The notes under the pieces are model-generated. The model had not been told where the DNA came from. It worked only from the letters and a program-made list of their open reading frames with translations, and made no database searches. The position numbers and the translations under genes are program-made. DNA of 27,376 bases from Candidatus Sericytochromatia bacterium (GTDB lineage: Bacteria > Cyanobacteriota > Sericytochromatia > S15B-MN24 > JAQBPE01), in NCBI GenBank assembly GCA_035285125.1, contig JAYKHR010000067.1:1-27376 (forward strand), written 5' to 3'. Position 1 is the first letter of the stretch, and every line of letters starts with the position of its first letter. Shown here piece after piece: positions 20,391 to 27,376 of this stretch.

Positions 20391-23300
20391 ATGCCCCAAC
20401 ATGCCTCCTCGTTGCCCTTCCTCGACGCCGTCGCCCGCGGCGTGGTCGTCTACGACGGCGCGATGGGCACGCAGCTGCAGGCGCGCGAGCTGACGCTCGC
20501 GGACTTCGGCGGCAAGGAAGGGGCCAACGACTACCTGGTGCTCACGCGGCCGGACGTCGTGCGCGAGATCCACGCGAGCTACTTCGCGGCCGGCGCGGAC
20601 GTGGTCGAGACCAACACCTTTGGCGGCAACAGGCTCAAGCTCGAGGAGTACGGGCTCGGCCACCTGACGCACGAGCTCAACGCGACGGCCGCCCGGCTCG
20701 CCCGCGAGGCGGCCGACGCCCATGCCACGCCCGATCGCCCGCGCTTCGTGGCGGGCTCGATCGGCCCCACCGGCATGCTGCCGTCCTCCGACGACCCGGC
20801 GCTCTCGGCGATCACCTTCGAGGCTCTGGCCGAGATGTTCCGCGAGCAGGCCGTGGCGCTGGTCGAGGGCGGATGCGACGTGCTGCTCGTCGAGACCAGC
20901 CAGGACATCCTCGAGGTCAAGGCGGCCGTCGCCGGGATCCAGCGCGCCTTCCGGGAGCTCGGGCGACGCGTCGCGCTGCAGGTCCAGGTGACGCTCGACA
21001 CCTCGGGCCGCATGCTGCTCGGCACCGACATCCTCTCGGCCCTCGCCACGCTGCAGGCGCTGCCCATCGACATCCTCGGGCTGAACTGCTCGACGGGCCC
21101 GGAGCACATGCGCGAGCCCATCCGCATGCTCGCGCAGCACTGCCGGCTGCCCATCAGCGTGCTGCCCAACGCCGGGCTTCCGCTGAACATCGACGGCAAG
21201 GCCGTCTACCCCGCGGAGCCCGTGCCCTTCGCCGAGGCCCTCGAGGCCTTCGTGACGGACTTCGGCGTCGCCGTGATCGGCGGCTGCTGCGGCACGACGC
21301 CGGCCCACATCCGCGTGCTTGCCGACCGCCTCGCGGGTCGCCCGCACGCCCCGCGCGAGGCCACCCCCCTCGTCGCCGTGAGCTCGGGCATGCGCGCCGC
21401 GAGCCTGCTGCAGGAGCCTCGGCCGCTGCTCCTCGGCGAGCGCCTCAACTCGCAGGGCAGCCGCAAGGTCAAGCAACTGCTGCTTGCCGAGGACTGGGAC
21501 GGCCTCGTTGAGGTGGCCCGCGACCAGGTCGAGGGCGGCGCGCACGTGCTCGACGTCTGCGTGGCGCTGACGGAGCGGGCTGACGAGCCCGAGATGATGC
21601 GGGCCGTCGTCAAGAAGCTCGCGCTCTCCGTCGAGGCCCCGCTGGTGTTCGACTCCACCGAGCCCGGCGTGCTGCTCGAGGCCCTGCGCATCTACCCTGG
21701 CCGGGCCATCATCAACTCGATCAACCTGGAGAACGGCCGGGAGCGCTGCGAGGCTGTCCTGCCGATGGCCGTCGAGCACGGGGCTGCCGTGATCGCGCTG
21801 ACGATCGACCCCATCGGGATGGCCAAGACCGCCGAGCGCAAGCTCGAGGTGGCCCGGGCCATCCACGCGATCGCCTGCGACGAGTACGGCCTGCCGCCAG
21901 AGGCGCTGCTCTTCGACGCCCTCACCTTCACGCTCGCCACGGGCGAGGAGGAGTTCCGGCGCAGCGCCATCGAGACGATCGAGGGCATCCGGCGCATCAA
22001 GGCTGAGCTGCCCGGCGTGCTCACGGTGCTCGGCGTCTCGAACGTCAGCTTCGGGCTCACGCCCGCCGCCCGCCACGTGCTCAACTCGGTGTTCCTCTAC
22101 CACTGCGTGGCGGCCGGCCTGGACGCGGCCATCGTCAACCCCGCGCACCTCAAGCCCTTCGCGGAGATCCCGGCCGAGCAGCGGGAGCTCGCCGAGGACC
22201 TCGTCTTCGACCGGCGTCCTGACGCCTTGCCGCGGCTCATCGCCCACTTCGAGGGCGTCTCGGCGACGGAGGGCCTCGCCGAGAAGGAGGACCCCACGGC
22301 CGGCATGGCGGCCGAGGCCGCCATCCACTGGAAGATCTTGCACCGCAAGAAGGACGGCATCGAGGCCCTGCTCGACGAGGCCCTGACGCGCCGCACGCCC
22401 GTGCAGACGCTCAACGAGGTGCTGCTTCCCGCCATGAAGGACGTGGGTGATCGCTTCGGCGCAGGCGAGCTCATCTTGCCTTTCGTGTTGCAGTCGGCTG
22501 AGGTCATGAAGCGGGCCGTCGCTCATGTCGAGCAGTTCCTCGAGAAGGCCGAGGGTGTGACCAAGGGCAAGGTCGTGCTCGCGACGGTCTACGGCGACGT
22601 CCATGACATCGGCAAGAACCTCGTCAACACGATCCTCACGAACAACGGCTACACGGTCCACGACCTCGGCAAGCAGGTGCCCGTCAACACCATCCTCGAC
22701 AAGGCCGTCGAGGTGGGTGCGGACGTCATCGGGCTCTCGGCGCTGCTGGTCTCGACCTCCAAGCAGATGCCGGCCTGCCTCGCCGAGCTCGACAAGCGGG
22801 GGCTCAAGCTCCCCGTCGTGATCGGGGGGGCGGCCATCAACAAGAGCTACGGGCTGCGCATCCTCACGCTGGAGGACGGCCGCTGGTACGATCCGGGCGT
22901 CTTCTACGCCAACGACGCCTTCGAGGGGCTCTCGCTGGTGGACCAGCTCGTCGATCCCGAGCGGCGAGAGGCCCTGATCGGCCGCACCCGCGAGGAGGCG
23001 ACGGCCGCCCGGGAGCGCCCGCGCAAGGTCGTCGCGCCCGCGGCCCCCGGCACGCGCAGCGCCGTGCCAGCTGCCGCCACGTTGCCGCCGGCGCCCTTCT
23101 TGGGCCACAAGGCCGTCACGGGCGTGCCCCTGTCGCGCATGTTCGACGGGATGGATCTGCGCTCGCTCTACCGGCTCTCGTGGGGCGCGCGCAACACGCA
23201 CGGCGAGGCCTACGAGGCCCTGATCCGCGACGAGTTCGAGCCGCGTCGGCTCGCGCTGCAGGCGGAGGCCGAGCGGGAGGGCTGGCTGACGCCGCGCTTC

Positions 23301-23864
23301 GTCTACGGCTACTTCCCGGCGCAGGCCGAGGGCGATCGGATCCACCTGTACGACCCCGCCGACGTCAGCCGCAAGCTCGGCTCGTTCGACTGCCCGCGCC
23401 AGCCGGAGGGCGAGCACCTGTGCCTCGCCGACTACGTGGCCCCGGTGGACTCGGGCCGCATGGACGTGGTGGCGCTGCAGGTCGTCACGGTCGGCACCGA
23501 GGCCGCGGAGCTTTGCGAGAGGCTCAACCGCGAGGGGCGCTACAGCGAGGCCTACTGGGTCCACGGCCTCTCCGTCGAGGCCGCCGAGGGGCTCGCCGAG
23601 GTCGCCCACCAGCACATCCGGCAGGAGTGGGGCATCGGCGCGGGCCAGGGCAAGCGCTACAGCTGGGGCTACCCCGCCATCCCGGAGCTGGCCGACCACG
23701 CCCTTGTCTGGCAGGCCCTGCCCGTCGAGGAGGCCATCGGCGTGAGCCTCACGGAGGCCTTCCAGCTCGTGCCGGAGCAATCCACGGCCGCGATCGTGCT
23801 GCACCACCCCGACGCGAAGTACTTCGTCGTGCGCGGGGCGGCGGGGGCCGTGGCGGTCTACTGA
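20391..23864 (+). CDS. metH: cobalamin-dependent methionine synthase (1157 aa)
   Basis: Hcy domain (DGAMGT, GLNCSTGP, GGCCGT), pterin domain (GERLNSQGS, INSINLE, GVSNVSFG), B12 motif GDVHDIGKN...SALL, and reactivation domain (RYSWGYP, PEQSTAA). GAGGT SD before ATG 20391. Confidence 0.96.
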   Translation: MPQHASSLPFLDAVARGVVVYDGAMGTQLQARELTLADFGGKEGANDYLVLTRPDVVREIHASYFAAGADVVETNTFGGNRLKLEEYGLGHLTHELNATAARLAREAADAHATPDRPRFVAGSIGPTGMLPSSDDPALSAITFEALAEMFREQAVALVEGGCDVLLVETSQDILEVKAAVAGIQRAFRELGRRVALQVQVTLDTSGRMLLGTDILSALATLQALPIDILGLNCSTGPEHMREPIRMLAQHCRLPISVLPNAGLPLNIDGKAVYPAEPVPFAEALEAFVTDFGVAVIGGCCGTTPAHIRVLADRLAGRPHAPREATPLVAVSSGMRAASLLQEPRPLLLGERLNSQGSRKVKQLLLAEDWDGLVEVARDQVEGGAHVLDVCVALTERADEPEMMRAVVKKLALSVEAPLVFDSTEPGVLLEALRIYPGRAIINSINLENGRERCEAVLPMAVEHGAAVIALTIDPIGMAKTAERKLEVARAIHAIACDEYGLPPEALLFDALTFTLATGEEEFRRSAIETIEGIRRIKAELPGVLTVLGVSNVSFGLTPAARHVLNSVFLYHCVAAGLDAAIVNPAHLKPFAEIPAEQRELAEDLVFDRRPDALPRLIAHFEGVSATEGLAEKEDPTAGMAAEAAIHWKILHRKKDGIEALLDEALTRRTPVQTLNEVLLPAMKDVGDRFGAGELILPFVLQSAEVMKRAVAHVEQFLEKAEGVTKGKVVLATVYGDVHDIGKNLVNTILTNNGYTVHDLGKQVPVNTILDKAVEVGADVIGLSALLVSTSKQMPACLAELDKRGLKLPVVIGGAAINKSYGLRILTLEDGRWYDPGVFYANDAFEGLSLVDQLVDPERREALIGRTREEATAARERPRKVVAPAAPGTRSAVPAAATLPPAPFLGHKAVTGVPLSRMFDGMDLRSLYRLSWGARNTHGEAYEALIRDEFEPRRLALQAEAEREGWLTPRFVYGYFPAQAEGDRIHLYDPADVSRKLGSFDCPRQPEGEHLCLADYVAPVDSGRMDVVALQVVTVGTEAAELCERLNREGRYSEAYWVHGLSVEAAEGLAEVAHQHIRQEWGIGAGQGKRYSWGYPAIPELADHALVWQALPVEEAIGVSLTEAFQLVPEQSTAAIVLHHPDAKYFVVRGAAGAVAVY

Positions 23865-23983
23865 CGCCCGCCGCCCTGCCAGGCCTCCCCCTCCGCGGCC
23901 ATCGCCTCGGGGGCGCTCGAGCCTGCTTGCGCCCCAGCGACCAGGGCTGGATCAGGCGCCGGCGAGAAGTTGGGCCCGATGGC

Positions 23984-24030
23984 TTGACAGCCCCTGTCAG
24001 CCTGGTATACAAAATTAGTATACAAAAAAA
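23984..24030 (+). promoter_or_regulatory. sigma70 promoter with overlapping operator-like repeats
   Basis: TTGACA at 23984-23989 and TGgTATACA at 24003-24011. Inverted repeat TGACAG-ccc-CTGTCA at 23985-23999. Direct repeat GTATACAAAA at 24005 and 24018. Confidence 0.7.
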
Positions 24031-24063
24031 CGGGTCGACCCCCACGTCCAACTGGAGGCCTTC

Positions 24064-24183
24064 ATGCCCGACCCTGTCCGCATCACCGTGGTCTGGCTGG
24101 TCGCCGGCTCCGCCCCGATCATCGACGCTGAGCGGGCCTCTCAGCCCCCGCCCCCGGAGCCCCCCCCCGAGCCCCGCCCCTGA
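24064..24183 (+). CDS. unannotated small protein, 39 aa (MPDPVRITVVWLVAGSAPIIDAERASQPPPPEPPPEPRP)
   Basis: SD GGAGG (24054-24058) 5 nt before ATG, directly downstream of the promoter; TGA at 24181-24183. Too short for the ORF track. Confidence 0.55.
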   Translation: MPDPVRITVVWLVAGSAPIIDAERASQPPPPEPPPEPRP

Positions 24184-24250
24184 CCCCGCGTAGCTCCCCC
24201 CTTGCAACGGGGTACGCAGCCGCCACCCCGTCTTCCCAGGAGGTTCCCGC

Positions 24251-26053
24251 ATGCGCCGCCCCCTTGCTCACCGGTTCGCCCTGCTCGCCACGCTCGCCAC
24301 CACGGGTTGCAACGTGCAGATCAGCAACCCGTTCGTGAACATCGGCCCCCCCGGGATCCAGATCACCGGAGATCCCCCGCCCACCGCGAAGCCGACCCCG
24401 CCGGTGGGGCCCGTGATGCCCCCGCTGCCGCCGCGCGACCCTGACGGTCTCGGCTGTGAGGACCTCGGGCCCGGCAGCCCCGCGTTCACCTTCCCGGCGC
24501 CCCCGCCCGTGGCCTGCCCCGCCATCTACCCCCCCCCGCCCGGCTGCGACACCGCCAGCCTGCAGGGCCCTTACCGGGAGTTCGCCGGCCTCCGGGCGCC
24601 GGCCGCCTTCCGGGGCCTGCCCGACGCGCAGGCCGTGCGGCAGCGTCTGGACAGGCTCTACGAGGCCACCCACCCCGGTAAGCCGCGACCTGGCGTGCCG
24701 CGGCCGCTGGGGCCGCACGGCGGCCCCCTGCTCGAGAGCCAGGCCGACCAGCGTATGGTGAAGGCCGCCCCCGCAGCGCGGCGCACCCTGATGACCTCGC
24801 CCCCCCACCCTGGCTACTACTGGGAGTGCCTGGAGAGGGGCTACCCGGAGCTGGTGGCAGCCTACCTCCAGGGCGGGCCGATCACCGAGCCTCCGTCGCC
24901 TCCCACCCCCGAGCCCTGGTTCCCCGAGCCCTGCGACTACGCGCCGAGCCAGACCGTCACGCTCTCCGGGTCCGTCTTCGACGGCCAGGGCACGCCGTTC
25001 CCCGGTGAGGTCGAGGTGCTGGTGGCTACCTCGGACTACGGCTTCAACACCACGGCCGAGGTCATCGACGGCCAGTGGCAGGTCTCCGGCGCCCCCGCCG
25101 GCGCCCGGCTGCAGGTCACGGCCCGTCACGTGCCCTCGGGGGAGTCGCGGCGACGCTTCGTCGTCCCCCAGCCGGCGTTCGTCGAGTGCGGCCAGGAGGG
25201 CTATGCCACGGTGAACTTCGGGGGACCCGTCAGCGACGCCGACCCGCTCGGCCACCGCTACGCGATGGGCGTCTCGGCCCCGGAGCCGGCCCCCACGCGC
25301 ACCTCCCTCACGGCGCGGGTCTTCAACGTGGCGGGGAAGCCGCTCCCCGGGGCGACGCTCGTGTTGCGGGCGATCCACCCGACGCTGAGCTACAAGCGCG
25401 CCTTGCGCGCCGACGGCGGGGGGGGCCTGGTCCCCGTGCCCGGGGCCTTCCGGGGGCTGCAGCTGGAGGAGATGCCGGCGGTCTCGGTCGCTCCCCCGAT
25501 GGGGCCCGAGCCCATCTCGGCGATCGCCAGCGCCACCTTCGAGGACGCACCGACGGACGCGTTGCTCGAGCTGCGCGCCGAGGCGGAGGGCCACCTGCCC
25601 GTCGTGCGCCTCATCGAGCCCCTCAGCGCCAAGCGGACGTACACGTTCTCGCTGGGCGGCCCCGCCACCCGGCAGGACCCGAGCGCGCCCCAGTACGCCC
25701 TCGTGGCCATCCCCGAGCGGCCGGGCACGGAGCGCGTCACGGTCGTGGGCCGGGCCTTCCTCCAGGACAGCGGCGCGCCTGTCACCGAGGGCGTGGCGCG
25801 GCTGGAGTCGGAGATCGGGGACCCCTCCCAGCAGCAGGAGGTGCGGCTCAACCCGGACGGCGGTTTCGCGTTCAAGGGCGTGATGGCCCGCACCCGGGCT
25901 GCGATCACCGTCGAGGTGCCCGGCTACATGCCGATGCGCCGCAAGGTCCGCATCGGGGCCGGCCTGCAGACCGTCACCTTCAACTTCGGCGGTCCGAGCA
26001 CCAGGACCGACCCGCTCGCGCCCAGCTTCGGGCTGGTCAAGGGCCTGGACTGA
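24251..26053 (+). CDS. lipoprotein with Pro/Cys-rich N-region and three carboxypeptidase-regulatory-like (prealbumin-type) beta-sandwich repeats
   Basis: SD AGGAGG and ATG at 24251; lipobox TTGC. Repeats begin TLSGSVFD / SLTARVFN / TVVGRAFLQD and end in (N/S)(F/L)GGP-x4-DP. Confidence 0.72.
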   Translation: MRRPLAHRFALLATLATTGCNVQISNPFVNIGPPGIQITGDPPPTAKPTPPVGPVMPPLPPRDPDGLGCEDLGPGSPAFTFPAPPPVACPAIYPPPPGCDTASLQGPYREFAGLRAPAAFRGLPDAQAVRQRLDRLYEATHPGKPRPGVPRPLGPHGGPLLESQADQRMVKAAPAARRTLMTSPPHPGYYWECLERGYPELVAAYLQGGPITEPPSPPTPEPWFPEPCDYAPSQTVTLSGSVFDGQGTPFPGEVEVLVATSDYGFNTTAEVIDGQWQVSGAPAGARLQVTARHVPSGESRRRFVVPQPAFVECGQEGYATVNFGGPVSDADPLGHRYAMGVSAPEPAPTRTSLTARVFNVAGKPLPGATLVLRAIHPTLSYKRALRADGGGGLVPVPGAFRGLQLEEMPAVSVAPPMGPEPISAIASATFEDAPTDALLELRAEAEGHLPVVRLIEPLSAKRTYTFSLGGPATRQDPSAPQYALVAIPERPGTERVTVVGRAFLQDSGAPVTEGVARLESEIGDPSQQQEVRLNPDGGFAFKGVMARTRAAITVEVPGYMPMRRKVRIGAGLQTVTFNFGGPSTRTDPLAPSFGLVKGLD

Positions 26054-26093
26054 CATCGGGAGGCCCGGCGGGCCCAAGCAACCCCGTCTCGAC

Positions 26094-26117
26094 GAGCCAG
26101 GCGCCCGCGCCTGGCTC
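26094..26117. terminator. GC-rich hairpin between convergent genes
   Basis: GAGCCAGGCG-CCCG-CGCCTGGCTC forms a perfect 10-bp stem. No U-tract on either strand. Confidence 0.45.
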
Positions 26118-26140
26118 ATCGGGCGCTTGAGGCCCGGGGC

Positions 26141-27040
26141 TCAGGGCTGCAGGATGAAGCCCTCTTCAGCCGCGATCACCGCGACCTCTGCCGCCGGGAG
26201 GCCCACGGGAGGCCCGAAGCGAGCGCCGAGGGCCCCCGCCTCGTCGCTCGCCGCGAAGGCCTGCACGAGCGTCTCTACCTGCCGGGCGTCCCGCACCATG
26301 GCCGGGTTGCCCGCGAGCTTGAGCAGGGACGGGTAGACCTCGGCCAGCACCACGCGGCCCGGCGGCACGTCGGGCCCCGCCAGCCGGCGCAGGCCCGTCT
26401 CGAAGGGCCACACGCGCAGGTGGGCGGCCAGGGCCGGGTCGTCCCGCCAGGCCCGCGCCACCGGGATGCCGACGAGGGCCTGCCCCCCCACGCTGCCCGG
26501 GTAGGCCAGCTTCCACGGCGAGGAGGCCCCCTTCGCGTGGGCCTCGGCCACGCGCCACTCCGCCACGCACGGCGGCCCCCAGCCCACCCGCGGGCGGCGG
26601 GGCGAGAGGGTGGGCGTGGTGGCGGCGGCCGGGCAGCCCCAGAACGGGAACGCCTCCCCGGAGACGCGGGCGTTGAGTTGAGCTGCAACGGCGAAGCGGT
26701 TGTTGCGGTTGGTGGGGCCATCCGCGATCAGGGCGCCCAGCACGTCCCAGGTGGCCCGCCAGGCGGGGCTCCCGAGGCCGAGCGCCGCCGCGAGCCCCGC
26801 CGGGTAGCCGAGCGGGAAGTCCACCCCCAGCAGCGTGCGCCGGCCCGCCAGCGCCTCGGCGCGAAGCAAGGCCAGCACCACCTCGCGGGCCTGGGCCCGC
26901 GTGGGCAGGTTCTCGGGCGCCCCGACCACCAGCCCACCCCGGGCGCGTCGGCCGACCGCCAGCCAGATGCTGTTGGCCCCGGTCTTGGGCGCCCCCTCCG
27001 CGCTCCAGTCCAGCATGGCGTAGGTGTCGAACAGGGGCAC
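26141..27040 (-). CDS. DUF429-like predicted RNase H-fold protein
   Basis: FDTYAMLDWSA, GVDFPLGYP, VWPFETG, LAEVYPS, RDA, EEGFIL. GTG at 27040 is preferred over ATG 27148, which would overlap the divergent promoter. Confidence 0.65.
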   Translation of the reverse strand: MPLFDTYAMLDWSAEGAPKTGANSIWLAVGRRARGGLVVGAPENLPTRAQAREVVLALLRAEALAGRRTLLGVDFPLGYPAGLAAALGLGSPAWRATWDVLGALIADGPTNRNNRFAVAAQLNARVSGEAFPFWGCPAAATTPTLSPRRPRVGWGPPCVAEWRVAEAHAKGASSPWKLAYPGSVGGQALVGIPVARAWRDDPALAAHLRVWPFETGLRRLAGPDVPPGRVVLAEVYPSLLKLAGNPAMVRDARQVETLVQAFAASDEAGALGARFGPPVGLPAAEVAVIAAEEGFILQP

Positions 27041-27104
27041 GGCGTCAGGCTCGGCAGGGGCACGGGCGGGAGGCCCGCTTGCCGACGGGGCGGCCGAGAC
27101 GGGC

Positions 27105-27115
27105 TGTGCTACAAT
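27105..27115 (+). promoter_or_regulatory. extended -10 promoter for the last ORF
   Basis: TGTGcTACAAT, the same TGTGc extension as the promoter at 20205-20215 (-). Confidence 0.6.
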
Positions 27116-27227
27116 AACCGAGCCCGTCACGCTCGCTGTCGGTGTCATCCGTCACGTTTGCCCGAGAAGTGCGCGTCGCCTGGATCTTCTGGCTCGAGCA
27201 GTCCACCCGGGGAGCCCCACGCCCGCT

Positions 27228-27376
27228 ATGTCCAGCGCCTACGATCAGCAACTTCGCAAGCTGATCGAGCACATCCAGACGCTGAACCAGGCGCTGCACG
27301 AGCGCAACGCGCAGATCGTGCAGTGGCAGCAGGTCGCGCGCGCGCTGCAAGACGAGCGGGGCCGCATCGCCAAGGC
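27228..27376 (+). CDS. coiled-coil protein, 5' part only (truncated by the window end)
   Basis: ATG 27228 after GGGGAG; open to the end of the window: MSSAYDQQLRKLIEHIQTLNQALHERNAQIVQWQQVARALQDERGRIAK, with heptad pattern and GC3-rich codons. Confidence 0.65.
   Translation, partial: MSSAYDQQLRKLIEHIQTLNQALHERNAQIVQWQQVARALQDERGRIAK

Noticed and set aside
24005..24027. NtcA box (GTA-N8-TAC) or cyanobacterial LexA box
   Set aside because: The sequence gives GTA-N8-TAG and does not fit RGTAC-N3-DGTWC. Retained only as an unassigned operator.
23865..26140. Integrated mobile element or prophage remnant suggested by the AT-rich operator region
   Set aside because: No integrase, transposase, tRNA target or flanking direct repeats are seen, and the coding sequence has the same GC-rich style as neighbouring genes.
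26141..27040. Calling this gene a cobalamin (CbiG) or molybdopterin biosynthesis protein because metH is nearby
   Set aside because: Such labels on this family appear to be propagated annotations. No CbiG or MobA motifs are visible and no other cob/mob genes are present.

Overview
GC-rich bacterial chromosomal region made mostly of housekeeping and envelope genes. I see no mobile element, CRISPR array, rRNA or tRNA. Gene order: cyanophycin synthetase cphA; a lipoprotein; threonine dehydratase; an SLH-domain membrane protein; a probable hflX - ynbB-like PLP enzyme - NUDIX operon; a lipoprotein subtilase with two discoidin domains (-); a GT-C-like membrane protein; stand-alone gyrB; a secreted helical protein; bifunctional homocysteine methyltransferase/MTHFR (yitJ-like, -); a double zinc-ribbon protein with a Gly/Tyr linker (-); B12-dependent metH; an unannotated 39-aa sORF; a three-repeat lipoprotein; a DUF429-like protein (-); and a truncated coiled-coil ORF. 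The combination of cphA, long-form HflX, gyrB without gyrA, SLH protein and high GC suggests a cyanobacteria-related lineage such as Ca. Sericytochromatia, but this is inference and untested. The best leads are: (1) hflX appears to start at a non-canonical ATT codon behind a strong SD; (2) an operator-like promoter (TTGACA within an inverted repeat, plus a tandem GTATACAAAA) drives an unannotated sORF and a repeat lipoprotein; (3) a ~215-nt structured 5' leader could pair over the ribosome-binding region of the zinc-ribbon gene.
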